Source of the DNA: an uncultured Spartobacteria bacterium
GTDB lineage: Bacteria > Verrucomicrobiota > Verrucomicrobiia > Chthoniobacterales > UBA6821
Assembly (NCBI GenBank): GCA_903823215.1
Contig: CAIJRY010000204.1
Location: 1-46,076 of the forward strand
Length of the DNA stretch: 46,076 nucleotides
Direction of reading: 5' to 3'
The position numbers were made by a program, and so were the translations under genes. A model generated the notes under the pieces. That model was not told where the DNA came from. It saw only the letters and a list, made by a program, of their open reading frames with translations, and did not search any database. Position 1 is the stretch's first letter; each line of letters starts with the position of its first letter. Below are positions 20,582 to 29,981 of this stretch, piece by piece.

Positions 20582-21433
20582 TCATTCGGTCCTTTCGGTT
20601 GCCTTTAAGAAAAGTGTTTCCAGATCGAGTTGGGGTTGTTTGGTGGAGAGGAGTTTGGCTCCGTGGGCAGCGGCGAGCTTTGCGATCTCTGCCTGTAGTT
20701 CCGGTCTGGCATTTTCGATCAGGTATTCTGTTTGACCGGTAATCCCTGTCAGCAAATCGAGTGAACCTTCTCGTACCAGATGCCCCTTGGCCATGATGCC
20801 GACGCTGTCGCAAACTTCCTGTACTTGTTCGAGCAGATGAGAGGTGAGCAGAATCGTTTTGCCCCGGGCCTTGAGTTGGAGAATCAGATCCCTGATTTGT
20901 CGTGATCCCGCCGGATCGACCCCTGCCGTAGGTTCATCCAGAATCAACAGGCGAGGATCATGCACCAAGGCTTGTGCGAGGCCGATGCGTTGCAGCATCC
21001 CTTTGGAATATCCGCTGATGCGACGATCTCCTGCCTCGGTGAGGCCGACGATTTCGAGCAGTTCCTTGACCCGATCCTGGAGTTTGCGACCGCCAAGACC
21101 GCAGAGTTTGCCATAGAAGGCAATGGTCTCGGCTCCCGTGAGAAATTTATAAAAATAAGGATTTTCTGGGAGAAAGCCGACCTCGGTACGGCTGGCGACC
21201 TGTGAGCTGGGGATGCCGAAGATCTCAGAGGTGCCTGATGTTGGGGTGACGAGTCCGAGGATGATCTTGAGGGTCGTGCTCTTGCCTGCACCATTGGGGC
21301 CGAGGAGTCCGTAGACATGGCCGGCAGGGATGTCGAGTGAGAGACCGCGCAAGGCCACCACCTGGCGACGGCGCAACGGCACGGGGAAGACCTTTTCAAG
21401 ATCGCGGATGCGGACTGCTGGTGTGTCGTTCAT
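20582..21433 (-). CDS. ABC-2 type transporter ATP-binding protein
   Basis: GPNGAGKST, YSKGMLQR signature, ILDEPT, SH. Confidence 0.92.
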   Translation of the reverse strand: MNDTPAVRIRDLEKVFPVPLRRRQVVALRGLSLDIPAGHVYGLLGPNGAGKSTTLKIILGLVTPTSGTSEIFGIPSSQVASRTEVGFLPENPYFYKFLTGAETIAFYGKLCGLGGRKLQDRVKELLEIVGLTEAGDRRISGYSKGMLQRIGLAQALVHDPRLLILDEPTAGVDPAGSRQIRDLILQLKARGKTILLTSHLLEQVQEVCDSVGIMAKGHLVREGSLDLLTGITGQTEYLIENARPELQAEIAKLAAAHGAKLLSTKQPQLDLETLFLKATERTE

Positions 21434-21434
21434 A

Positions 21435-21707
21435 TCAATTGATCATACGGAATCCCTTGAGTCCCCCCTCGGGTTCCCCCGGGAGGGTGGAGAAGTTTTC
21501 TATATGTCCGGCAAGATGGCTTTCACTGATCTCCTTAAGAAAATCATCAATTTCCATTTCATCCCCCGTGCTAAAAACCTCTACCCGGCCATCAGGCAGA
21601 TTCTTTACCCAGCCGGTCACTTCATACCCTTTGGCAAGGGAGAGGATGGAAGCGCGAAACCCGACTCCCTGCACTTTCCCTTCGTAATAGGCATGAATGC
21701 TTTTCAT
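21435..21707 (-). CDS. acyP: Acylphosphatase
   Basis: GKVQGVGFR, GWVKNLPDGRVE. Confidence 0.93.
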   Translation of the reverse strand: MKSIHAYYEGKVQGVGFRASILSLAKGYEVTGWVKNLPDGRVEVFSTGDEMEIDDFLKEISESHLAGHIENFSTLPGEPEGGLKGFRMIN

Positions 21708-21721
21708 CTGGAAAATTCGTT

Positions 21722-23005
21722 TTAACCGCGAATCTGTCCTTTTCCGCGTATCAGGTATTTATAGCTGGTGAGCTCTTCGAGTGCCATCGGGCCGCGTGCA
21801 TGAAGCTTGTCGGTGCTGATTCCTATCTCACAGCCGAAGCCAAACTCTCCACCATCGGTGAAGCGGGTGGAGGCATTCCAATAGACCGTGGCACTATCCA
21901 CTCCATTGAGAAACTGCTCCGCTGCTGCGGCATCGCTGGTCACGATGGCATCACTGTGATGCGAACCGAGTGTCTCGATATGCAGGATAGCATCCTCAAT
22001 GGAATCCACAACCTTCACGGCTAGAATCAATGCGAGAAATTCTGTGCGGAAATCTTCTTCTGAGGCCTCTTTGATAAGAGAGTGTGTTTGTAACGATTCA
22101 GGGAGCAGTGAGCGGGTCGCCGCATCGCATCGCAGCTCGACTCCCGCATCCAGAAGGGCGCTGCCTGCGTGATGAAAAAACTCAGCCACGATTTCCCGGT
22201 GGAGCAGCAGTGTCTCGACGGCATTGCAGACACCTGGGCGCTGGCACTTGCCGTTGAGAATGATCTCCCGAGCCATCGCGAGATCGGCGGATTTGTCCAC
22301 ATAGACGGCGCAAATCCCGTCATAGTGCTTGATGACGGGCATCATGGCGTACTTTGTCACGGTCTCGATCAATCCCTTGCCACCCCGTGGGATGATGCAG
22401 TCAAGAGAGTCGTTCATCTCGCAGAGAATGCGCACGGCCTCACGGTCTGTCGTGGGGATCAGCTGGATGGCTGCTGCCGGAAGTCCCGCCTTTGCCAGAC
22501 CAGTCTGAAGCGCGGCGGCGATCGCACGATTGGAGTGAATGGCCTCGCTGCCTCCACGCAGGATGCAGGCATTGCCCGCCTTGAGACAGAGTACGGCGGC
22601 ATCACTGGTCACATTGGGCCGCGATTCATAGATGATGCCTATCACGCCGATAGGAACGCTGATCTTCTGAAACCGAAGACCATTTTCCTTTGTCCACTCC
22701 TTAAGAATCCGACCGACGGGATCGGGGAGGGACGCCGCCGTGCGGATGCCTTCAGCCATCGTGGAGAGTCGTTTCTCATCAAGTCGCAGGCGGTCGAGCA
22801 TTGACTCGGATAGGCCGTTTTTTTTGCCTGCATCAAGGTCAAGGGCATTTGCCGCCAAAAGGGTCGCTTTCTGTGCGATCAACTCTTCGGCCATCGCCAA
22901 GAGTGCTGCATTCTTTTTTTCGGCGGAGACCGTGGCAAGCAGGCGCGAGGCAGCACGGGCGTTGCGTCCAATCTCGTGTAGCTGAACTGTCAGATTATCT
23001 GCCAT
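21722..23005 (-). CDS. proA: Gamma-glutamyl phosphate reductase
   Basis: IYESRPNVT, LRGGSEA, IPRGG, CNA, NASTRFTDG, HARGP. Start is either ATG 23005 or 23014. Confidence 0.96.
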   Translation of the reverse strand: MADNLTVQLHEIGRNARAASRLLATVSAEKKNAALLAMAEELIAQKATLLAANALDLDAGKKNGLSESMLDRLRLDEKRLSTMAEGIRTAASLPDPVGRILKEWTKENGLRFQKISVPIGVIGIIYESRPNVTSDAAVLCLKAGNACILRGGSEAIHSNRAIAAALQTGLAKAGLPAAAIQLIPTTDREAVRILCEMNDSLDCIIPRGGKGLIETVTKYAMMPVIKHYDGICAVYVDKSADLAMAREIILNGKCQRPGVCNAVETLLLHREIVAEFFHHAGSALLDAGVELRCDAATRSLLPESLQTHSLIKEASEEDFRTEFLALILAVKVVDSIEDAILHIETLGSHHSDAIVTSDAAAAEQFLNGVDSATVYWNASTRFTDGGEFGFGCEIGISTDKLHARGPMALEELTSYKYLIRGKGQIRG

Positions 23006-23136
23006 AAGTAGCATCACTTTCTAAACCAACACCGGCAAAACGGCAACCATCGGCATGAATCAACAAAGGAAGCACTGATTAAATCAGCGGTTCCCTAATG
23101 CGCCCCATCATATTTTCTGATTTTCTTTCCCGTACC

Positions 23137-24771
23137 ATGGCTACAAAAAAAGATCCCTCCTTGTTACTCAAACAACTTGGCAAACGCTATATCGAGCGAA
23201 CCTGTGCCGATTTCCCGCAATGGGGCAGCAGTCTGGGTTTTGCAAAATTCGAGCCACTCCTTGCTGGAAGCGATGAGCGAACCCGTCGTGAGCGGATCAA
23301 ATTCCTAGAGGGACTGCTGGACCAGACGGAGACAATCCCTGCTCAAGTTTTGAAAGCCGATGATTGGCTTGACTGGCGCTGTTTTCTTTCCCTGATACGC
23401 ACGGAGTTGCTCAATGACCGCGATCTCGCGCGCTGGCGCAGCAATCCCCAGGAGTGCTGCGGTGCGGCGGTTGGATCTGTTTTTGAACTCGTGATCCGCC
23501 ATGCGGACGATCTGGGCAAGGCCCGCCTGTCCATCGAGGCGCGTCTGGCCGCCATCCCCAATTTTCTGAGAAAGGGGGCCGCGGCAATCCGCAACCCCGT
23601 TCCCCTCTGGACGAAACTGGCGATCCAATCATGCAAAGGCTCCAGGGAATTTTTGGAAACCCTTGGAGAGACACTGAGCGCACTCTCTCCCGAGCCCGAG
23701 AGAACCCGCACCCTTGCCCGTCAAGCGGGGAGGGCATTCGATGCCTATGCGTTGGCACTTAAAAAGAAAAAGCCCGGAAGACCTCGTGATTTTGCCATTG
23801 GCCGGGAGTGGTTTGAGTTGCTGGTGAGGGAACGATGCGGGCTGGATTGGAGCATGCAGGAGATCGAGACGGAGGGGTATCGACTCATTGCTGAAATCAG
23901 GGTCGAGCTTGAGCTGGAGGCAAAGAGGCTTGCTGGAAAATCACGGAAAACTGCTGCGCAGTTGCTCGTAGAAGCCCGTGATGCCTGGACACCCACGGCA
24001 CCGCTTCTGGAGCTTTACAGCCGCTCTTCGGCAGAGTGGCGCAAGCGCGTCATCGAAAGCGGGCTCTTCCCCCTGCCTCCGGGGGAGTCACTCAAGGTCA
24101 CACCGGTTTCGGATTTCATGCGCGATCACTTCCCCACGGCTGCTTACAGCTCACCCGGAGCTTTTGAAAAAAAGCAGCGTGGTATCTTTTGGGTGAATGA
24201 TCTTGGGCTGACAAAAAATAATTTTACCGAAGCCCTGAGGGAAGCCCGTCAGCATTTTGGTCTGGAACTCACCAGTGCCCACGAGGGGTATCCGGGACAT
24301 CATCTCCAGTTTGCGATTCAAAACCGACATCCAAGTCACATCCGCCGACTCTGCTCCCACGCTATCTTCTACGAGGGATGGACCATGTGGTGTGAGAAGC
24401 TTGCCATCGAACAAGGATGGGTTTCAGAACCCATAGCCCGCCTCCAGCAGCTGCATGATGCCCTCTGGCGTGCCTACCGCATCGTGATCGACTGCGGCCT
24501 CCACTCTGGCAAACTCACTCATGAAGCCGCTGCCCTGATGCTTGTCAAGGGTGTTGGTTTTACCCCCGCTCGTGCCCGTGCTGATGTGAACTGGTACACT
24601 GCGGCTCCGACGGTACCGATGAGCTACCTGCTGGGACGCTTGGAACTGGAACGCTTGAAAGATCACATGATGGCCAAGGAAGCATGGACGCTCAGACAGT
24701 TTCATGATTGGGCGCTTTCCCATGGGGCGATCCCTTGGGCGTGGATTGATCAGTCCCGTTTACGGGACTGA
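23137..24771 (+). CDS. DUF885 family protein (putative Zn-metallopeptidase fold)
   Basis: AHEGYPGHHLQ, YEGW, WRAYRIVIDCGLH, SYLLG, FHD. Start probably ATG 23137. Confidence 0.82.
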   Translation: MATKKDPSLLLKQLGKRYIERTCADFPQWGSSLGFAKFEPLLAGSDERTRRERIKFLEGLLDQTETIPAQVLKADDWLDWRCFLSLIRTELLNDRDLARWRSNPQECCGAAVGSVFELVIRHADDLGKARLSIEARLAAIPNFLRKGAAAIRNPVPLWTKLAIQSCKGSREFLETLGETLSALSPEPERTRTLARQAGRAFDAYALALKKKKPGRPRDFAIGREWFELLVRERCGLDWSMQEIETEGYRLIAEIRVELELEAKRLAGKSRKTAAQLLVEARDAWTPTAPLLELYSRSSAEWRKRVIESGLFPLPPGESLKVTPVSDFMRDHFPTAAYSSPGAFEKKQRGIFWVNDLGLTKNNFTEALREARQHFGLELTSAHEGYPGHHLQFAIQNRHPSHIRRLCSHAIFYEGWTMWCEKLAIEQGWVSEPIARLQQLHDALWRAYRIVIDCGLHSGKLTHEAAALMLVKGVGFTPARARADVNWYTAAPTVPMSYLLGRLELERLKDHMMAKEAWTLRQFHDWALSHGAIPWAWIDQSRLRD

Positions 24772-24799
24772 TCAATGGCTAGAGAGTTTAGACAGGCAC

Positions 24800-25198
24800 T
24801 TAAACTCCCTCATCATCCTTTTCTTTCTTCTTGGTCCGGCTCACCAGAAACTCTTGGAAATAGCGGGCTAGAAGGATGAAGCAGAAGAGGGCCGAGGCAC
24901 TTGCGGCGATGATCTCGCCCTGATTGATCATGCTGACCTTTTTAAGGATACGCAGGAGTTCGCTTAAAGATGAGACATAGGCTGCAAAACCGAACAGGGT
25001 AATCATGCTGGCGAACTTCATGGCTTGCCGATGAAGTTTTGGATCAGTCGAGACCACAGCGCAGGCGATCAGAAGGAGACCAAGGGCGCAGGGGAGCAGG
25101 GTCAGGGGATGTGTTGCCCTGGAGGAAAAGAATCCAAAAAGGCCGGCGAGGTTAAGCAAACCTCCAAAGACAAAAGTGATGATCGTTATTGCGGACAT
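24800..25198 (-). CDS. Small 4-TM membrane protein (TMEM14-like)
   Basis: Four hydrophobic segments, G..G and T.L.P pattern, charged tail. TAGGAT lies 7 nt before ATG 25198. Confidence 0.6.
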   Translation of the reverse strand: MSAITIITFVFGGLLNLAGLFGFFSSRATHPLTLLPCALGLLLIACAVVSTDPKLHRQAMKFASMITLFGFAAYVSSLSELLRILKKVSMINQGEIIAASASALFCFILLARYFQEFLVSRTKKKEKDDEGV

Positions 25199-25327
25199 GT
25201 TGATCATCCTACACTTATCCTGAGGCCATTGGCTTGTTCTTTTGGTATAGCGATGAATGGTTGACCATAAGAAGCGCAAAAATATAGGTGCCTATCCTAT
25301 CCCTGATTTGACGGAATTTGACCCCGA

Positions 25328-25377
25328 TTTCTGACCTCTGACTTTTACCTTTTACATTCCCGACATCTGACTTCTGA
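25328..25377. repeat. Heptamer tandem array
   Basis: TTTCTGA CCTCTGA CTTTTAC CTTTTAC ATTCCCGA CATCTGA CTTCTGA, 10 bp before the trmL start. Confidence 0.75.
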
Positions 25378-25387
25378 ATCCTACCCC

Positions 25388-25855
25388 ATGTTCCATATCG
25401 TTCTCATCGAGCCGGAGATTCCACAGAATACCGGAAACATCGCCCGGCTCTGCGTGGCTGCCGGAGCGAGGTTGCATCTGGTCGGGCCCCTCGGATTTTC
25501 AATTGATGAGAAGGCGGTGAGGAGAGCGGGGATGGATTATTGGGAGCGGGTTGATTTGCAGACTTGGAGCTCATGGGCAGAATTTCAGCAAGCCCACCCA
25601 GAGGCTCGTCTCTTTCTCCTGAGCAGCAAGGTGGATCGGTACTATTGGGATACCGAGTTCCGCGATGGAGATTTTCTAGTCTTTGGAAGGGAGACAAAGG
25701 GGCTGCCTTCGAGTCTGCTGGCTGCTCATCCCGAGACGACACTGACCATTCCGATGACCGCAGAGACGAGGAGTCTCAATCTGGCGACTTCCGCTGGGAT
25801 TGTCCTTTATGAGGCGATCCGTCAGATCTCGCTCGCTGGCGGTAAGTCCTTCTGA
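25388..25855 (+). CDS. trmL: tRNA (cytidine/uridine(34)-2'-O)-methyltransferase
   Basis: PEIPQNTGNIAR, RAGMDYW, FGRETKGLP, RSLNLA. Confidence 0.95.
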   Translation: MFHIVLIEPEIPQNTGNIARLCVAAGARLHLVGPLGFSIDEKAVRRAGMDYWERVDLQTWSSWAEFQQAHPEARLFLLSSKVDRYYWDTEFRDGDFLVFGRETKGLPSSLLAAHPETTLTIPMTAETRSLNLATSAGIVLYEAIRQISLAGGKSF

Positions 25856-25868
25856 TCTGATTTTTTCA

Positions 25869-26876
25869 ATGTCCACAGCCGTCATCGAAAGCCGTCATCT
25901 GACCAAGGTCTTTCGCACCTATCGCAAGGAGGAGGGATTGGCAGGAGCCGTACGCGGGTTGTTTCATCGTCAATACACCGAGAGCCGTGCTGCTGATGCT
26001 GTTTCCTTCACGGTGAATGAGGGGGAGTTTGTCGGATTTCTCGGTCCGAACGGCGCGGGTAAGACCACTGTGCTCAAGATGCTCTCTGGCCTGCTCCAAC
26101 CGACTTCGGGCAGCTCCTCGGTGCTCGGGTTCAATCCCGCCAAGCGACCTGCGGCACTCAAACGCCAGTTTGCCCTGCTCATGGGACAGAAAAATGCTCT
26201 CTGGTGGGATCTCCCCGCGCGTGAGTCGCTGGAACTGAATCGCGCCATTTATGGAATCGATCGAAAACAATTTGATGCCACGGTGGGGGAACTGACGGAG
26301 TTGCTTGATGTCGGCGACAAAATGAGTGTTATGGTGCGCGAGTTAAGCCTTGGGGAGCGGATGAAGATGGAGTTGATCGCCGCGCTATTGCATCGTCCCA
26401 AGGTGCTCTTTCTCGATGAGCCGACAATCGGACTGGATGTCATCAGCCAGAAAAAAGTCCGTGAGTTTCTCCGCGAATACAATGCCCGCTACAAGGTGGT
26501 CACCTTGCTAACCAGCCATTACATGCAGGACATTGAGGAGCTCTGTGAGCGGGTGATCCTGATCGACCACGGCAAACTTTTCTTTGATGGATCACTGGAA
26601 GAGGTGGTTTCACGCTTCACTTCCACCAAGATCATCGAGGCTGATTTCAGTGCGCCCCTGCCCGCTGATTTCCTGCCACCGGGCAAAGTGCTGGAGCGTC
26701 ATCCTTTGCAACTCAAGATCGAGGTCGCCCGTGTGGAAGTGCCGCGCGCCTGCACGGCATTGCTGGCTGGTGGGCTTGTTTCGGATCTCTCGGTGAAGGA
26801 AGTGCCGATTGAGGAGGTGATCCGGAGAGTTTTTGGCAAGCAACAGGACGCACATAAGCTAGAGTTCAACTCATGA
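25869..26876 (+). CDS. ABC-2 type transporter ATP-binding protein
   Basis: GPNGAGKTT, LWWDLP, LSLGERMK, FLDEPTIGLD, TSHYM. Start ATG 25869. Confidence 0.92.
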   Translation: MSTAVIESRHLTKVFRTYRKEEGLAGAVRGLFHRQYTESRAADAVSFTVNEGEFVGFLGPNGAGKTTVLKMLSGLLQPTSGSSSVLGFNPAKRPAALKRQFALLMGQKNALWWDLPARESLELNRAIYGIDRKQFDATVGELTELLDVGDKMSVMVRELSLGERMKMELIAALLHRPKVLFLDEPTIGLDVISQKKVREFLREYNARYKVVTLLTSHYMQDIEELCERVILIDHGKLFFDGSLEEVVSRFTSTKIIEADFSAPLPADFLPPGKVLERHPLQLKIEVARVEVPRACTALLAGGLVSDLSVKEVPIEEVIRRVFGKQQDAHKLEFNS

Positions 26877-28975
26877 AAGCTTACCGCCTGCTGATAGTAT
26901 TTCTGCTCTTGCCGCTCCTTACTCTGACGGTGAGAGCAGCGGAGGGGGTAAAAGCATCGCTCGTCACGGATGCTGCTGTGCCTCTCGTGGCAGGAAAGCC
27001 TTTCATGGCCACGGTAGTACTCAATCTTCAACCGGGCTGGCACACCTACTGGCAGTATTCCGGTGATTCCGGATTGCCTCCCAAAGTGGAGTGGAAATTG
27101 CCGGAGGGATGGAGTGCGGGGCCGCTGGAATTTTCTGTTCCGGAACAATATGCCGAGCCTGGTGACATGATCATCTATGGCTACGAGAAGCAGTCTTTGC
27201 TGAGATCAGTAATCACTCCGCCAAAAGATTTGCCAAATGACGAAACTTTTGAACTCAAGGCTAGAGTGTCCTGGCTGGCCTGCAAAGAACTCTGCGTGCC
27301 GGGATCGGCTGAAGTTTCCTCCAGGGTACTAGGCCCGACCGGTGGGCCGGTTGATTGGACTTCAGCCACTCTTCCCAAGGGATTCTGGCCTGAGTCAGTC
27401 GCTCCGCCATTCGAGGTGACGATCTCCGGCAAGGGAACGAACCGTATGATTTCTTTCACTGGAGCCATGGGAGCCTCGTATGAACTCTTCCCCGACCCCG
27501 AGCCTTCTGATGGCACGACGGTCGGACATGTCATCTCGATGGTTACTCCCACTGATCATGGGCCGGTGATGCTCTTCACGATTCCTTGGAATGGATCAGC
27601 TCCCTTCAAGGCCCTTCTTGTTGAACGCAAGGGTGATTCACAACTTGCGTGGTGGATTGGCGGAAAGACAAAAAAGGAGATTGCTTCCCCTACCACTCAA
27701 GGGATTGCCGTAGGTGTCCTGCTGGCCGCTCTCCTCTCAGGCTTCCTTGGCGGTCTGATCCTGAATCTGATGCCCTGTGTCCTCCCTGTGATCTCGCTGA
27801 AGATCTTCGGCTTTATTTCCCAAGCAGGGGAATCACCTTCCCGTATTCTTCGTCACGGTCTCGCCTTTGCCGCGGGGATCTTTCTCTGGTTCCTGGGACT
27901 TGCTGTGCTGGTGATTGTTCTGAAGGCCGGAGGATCTCAAGTGACCTGGGGTGCCTTCCAGTTTCAAAATCCGCTGTTTGTCATCGGACTGAGTGTGCTG
28001 GTCTTTCTCTTTGCCCTGAATCTCTTTGGTGTTTTTGAACTCACACTTCCCGGAAGTACCGCAAACTCACTGGATCGGGTGACGACGCATGATGGATATG
28101 CAGGGTCGTTTTTTCAGGGGCTCTTTGCCACGCTGCTGGCGACTCCCTGCACGGCTCCCTTCCTGGGAAGTGCGCTCGGATTTGCCTTTGGCCAGAGCCC
28201 GGTGGTGATTCTGACGATGTTTGCCTCGGTGGCTTTCGGGATGTCGCTACCCTATCTGCTTCTCTCAGCGCGTCCCGGTTGGCGGCGCTTTATTCCCAAG
28301 CCGGGAGTCTGGATGGAGCGTCTCAAACAATTGATGGGCTTTCCCTTGCTCGCAACCAATCTCTGGCTGCTCTGGGTCCTCCAGAATCAGCGGGGATCGA
28401 ATGCGGTGCTCATGCTGCTTGCGCTCTTTCTTGGGTTAGGTGTCTGCGCTTGGATTTACGGAGCGATTGCTCACGGCACACAGACCAGGGGGCGTGCGTC
28501 TATATTAATTGTGACGCTGCTGTTTGCAGTATATGCCGTTTATCAAATTTCGCGGATGATCGTTCGTGAGTCACCAATCTCGGGAATTTTCACGCCCGTT
28601 GGGATCGGTCAGCCGATTTTTAACACCAACACCATTTACTGGCAGCCTTACACACCGGAATCTCTCAAGTTGCTCCGTTCCTCTGGAACTCCGGTTCTGC
28701 TCGATTTCACTGCCTCGTGGTGCCTGACTTGCCAGTTCAATGAACGCACGGCCATCAATGTGCCTGCCGTCAGGCAGCTGCTGCGCGAGAAAGGGATCAC
28801 TGCAATGAAGGGGGATTGGACGAATTCCGATCCGGCAATCACTGCGGCACTCAAATCCTTTGGCCGCGTGGGAGTTCCACTTGTTGTTTTTTATCCCGCG
28901 GGGAAGGGGAGTGAGCCTGTCGTGCTTCCCGAACTGCTGACTGAGAGCATCGTCTTGAGCATTCTCGGCAAGTAA
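26873..28975 (+). CDS. dsbD: Protein-disulfide reductase, DsbD/ScsB-like
   Basis: Signal peptide; N-terminal domain WHTYW..GDSG and CKELC; TM domain LNLMPCVLP and ATPCTAP; thioredoxin domain FTASWCLTC, GVP. Confidence 0.88.
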   Translation: MKAYRLLIVFLLLPLLTLTVRAAEGVKASLVTDAAVPLVAGKPFMATVVLNLQPGWHTYWQYSGDSGLPPKVEWKLPEGWSAGPLEFSVPEQYAEPGDMIIYGYEKQSLLRSVITPPKDLPNDETFELKARVSWLACKELCVPGSAEVSSRVLGPTGGPVDWTSATLPKGFWPESVAPPFEVTISGKGTNRMISFTGAMGASYELFPDPEPSDGTTVGHVISMVTPTDHGPVMLFTIPWNGSAPFKALLVERKGDSQLAWWIGGKTKKEIASPTTQGIAVGVLLAALLSGFLGGLILNLMPCVLPVISLKIFGFISQAGESPSRILRHGLAFAAGIFLWFLGLAVLVIVLKAGGSQVTWGAFQFQNPLFVIGLSVLVFLFALNLFGVFELTLPGSTANSLDRVTTHDGYAGSFFQGLFATLLATPCTAPFLGSALGFAFGQSPVVILTMFASVAFGMSLPYLLLSARPGWRRFIPKPGVWMERLKQLMGFPLLATNLWLLWVLQNQRGSNAVLMLLALFLGLGVCAWIYGAIAHGTQTRGRASILIVTLLFAVYAVYQISRMIVRESPISGIFTPVGIGQPIFNTNTIYWQPYTPESLKLLRSSGTPVLLDFTASWCLTCQFNERTAINVPAVRQLLREKGITAMKGDWTNSDPAITAALKSFGRVGVPLVVFYPAGKGSEPVVLPELLTESIVLSILGK

Positions 28976-29064
28976 ATGGCAGATATTTCAAATCCCAGGA
29001 GCATGAGATTTGAGAATGTCTGGTATGGGAAGACCGCCAGATAAAATTGAAAAGTCTTCACTTC

Positions 29065-29146
29065 CTTCGTTTGATTCGCTCGTTCACACTCGTCTCACCC
29101 TTTGGGCTACCTTCGGTAGTCTATCCCAGCCTCTCCCGAGGCTCGG
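29065..29146. repeat. Cluster of short hairpins (candidate REP-like or structured element)
   Basis: CTCGTTCACACTCG, CCC-TTT-GGG, CTACC-TTC-GGTAG and GCCTC-TCCC-GAGGC in series. Confidence 0.45.
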
Positions 29147-29185
29147 TATTCTGAGTTCCATATTAAAAAATCTCCCTTTGTATTC

Positions 29186-29929
29186 ATGAATTTTAAAAAC
29201 TTTAGTCTCGACGCTCTCGACCAAAATACACCGATTTCCAAAGAGGAATACGGACGCGATCTCAAAAAATACCAACTCGGACTGCTGAGTCTTCAACTCC
29301 GACTCAAGGAGAGTAAACGCTCCGTCATCATCCTCATTGAAGGTCCTGATGCGGCGGGCAAAGGGGGTGCGATCAAAAGGACACTGGAACGGCTCGATCC
29401 TCGTCTGATCCGTGTCTATTCCACGCAGAAACCGACACCCGAGGAATACAAGCATCACTATCTCTGGCGTTTCTGGAACAAACTCCCCCCCTATGGTGAG
29501 ATTGCGGTCTTTGACCGTTCATGGTACGGGCGCGTGCTCGTGGAGCGCGTTGAAGGGTTTGCCACGGATGACGAGTGGAAGAGGGCTTACGATGAGATCA
29601 ACGAGCTGGAACGCACGCTGACTGACGATGGGGCGATCATTATCAAGCTCTTTCTCCAAGTCTCGAAGGCGGAACAACTCAGGCGTTTCAAACAACGGCA
29701 GGCCGACCCTTACAAGCATTGGAAGATCAATGATGAGGACTGGCGCAACCGCCGCAAGTGGAACCAACACCTCAAGGCTGCCGAGGAAATGTTTGTGAAA
29801 ACTTCCACCAGAATCGCTCCCTGGACAGTAATTCCCGGTGATTTCAAGTGGTTTGCACGCGTTCAGTTCGCGAAGACCGTTTATGATCGGATCGCCGCAG
29901 AATTCCCAGAGGTGATCAAAAAAGGATAA
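29186..29929 (+). CDS. ppk2: Polyphosphate kinase 2 family protein (single domain)
   Basis: EGPDAAGKGG, FDRSWYGRVLVERV, WKINDED, PW. Confidence 0.92.
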   Translation: MNFKNFSLDALDQNTPISKEEYGRDLKKYQLGLLSLQLRLKESKRSVIILIEGPDAAGKGGAIKRTLERLDPRLIRVYSTQKPTPEEYKHHYLWRFWNKLPPYGEIAVFDRSWYGRVLVERVEGFATDDEWKRAYDEINELERTLTDDGAIIIKLFLQVSKAEQLRRFKQRQADPYKHWKINDEDWRNRRKWNQHLKAAEEMFVKTSTRIAPWTVIPGDFKWFARVQFAKTVYDRIAAEFPEVIKKG

Positions 29930-29981
29930 GGGAGGAGGATTGGCCTCTCCTCCTGAAGCCTTAATGCTTCCACTTTTCGGC

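Noticed and set aside
29084-29458. 124-aa minus-strand ORF overlapping ppk2 and the hairpin cluster
   Set aside because: Mostly antisense to ppk2 with no protein-like motif; the non-overlapping part is better explained as structured non-coding DNA.
29931-29953. Hairpin GGAGGAG...CTCCTCC between ppk2 and ilvD (similar one at 13341-13368 between murJ and doxX)
   Set aside because: Plausible 3'-end structures between convergent genes, but with no U-tract; too weak to call as terminators.
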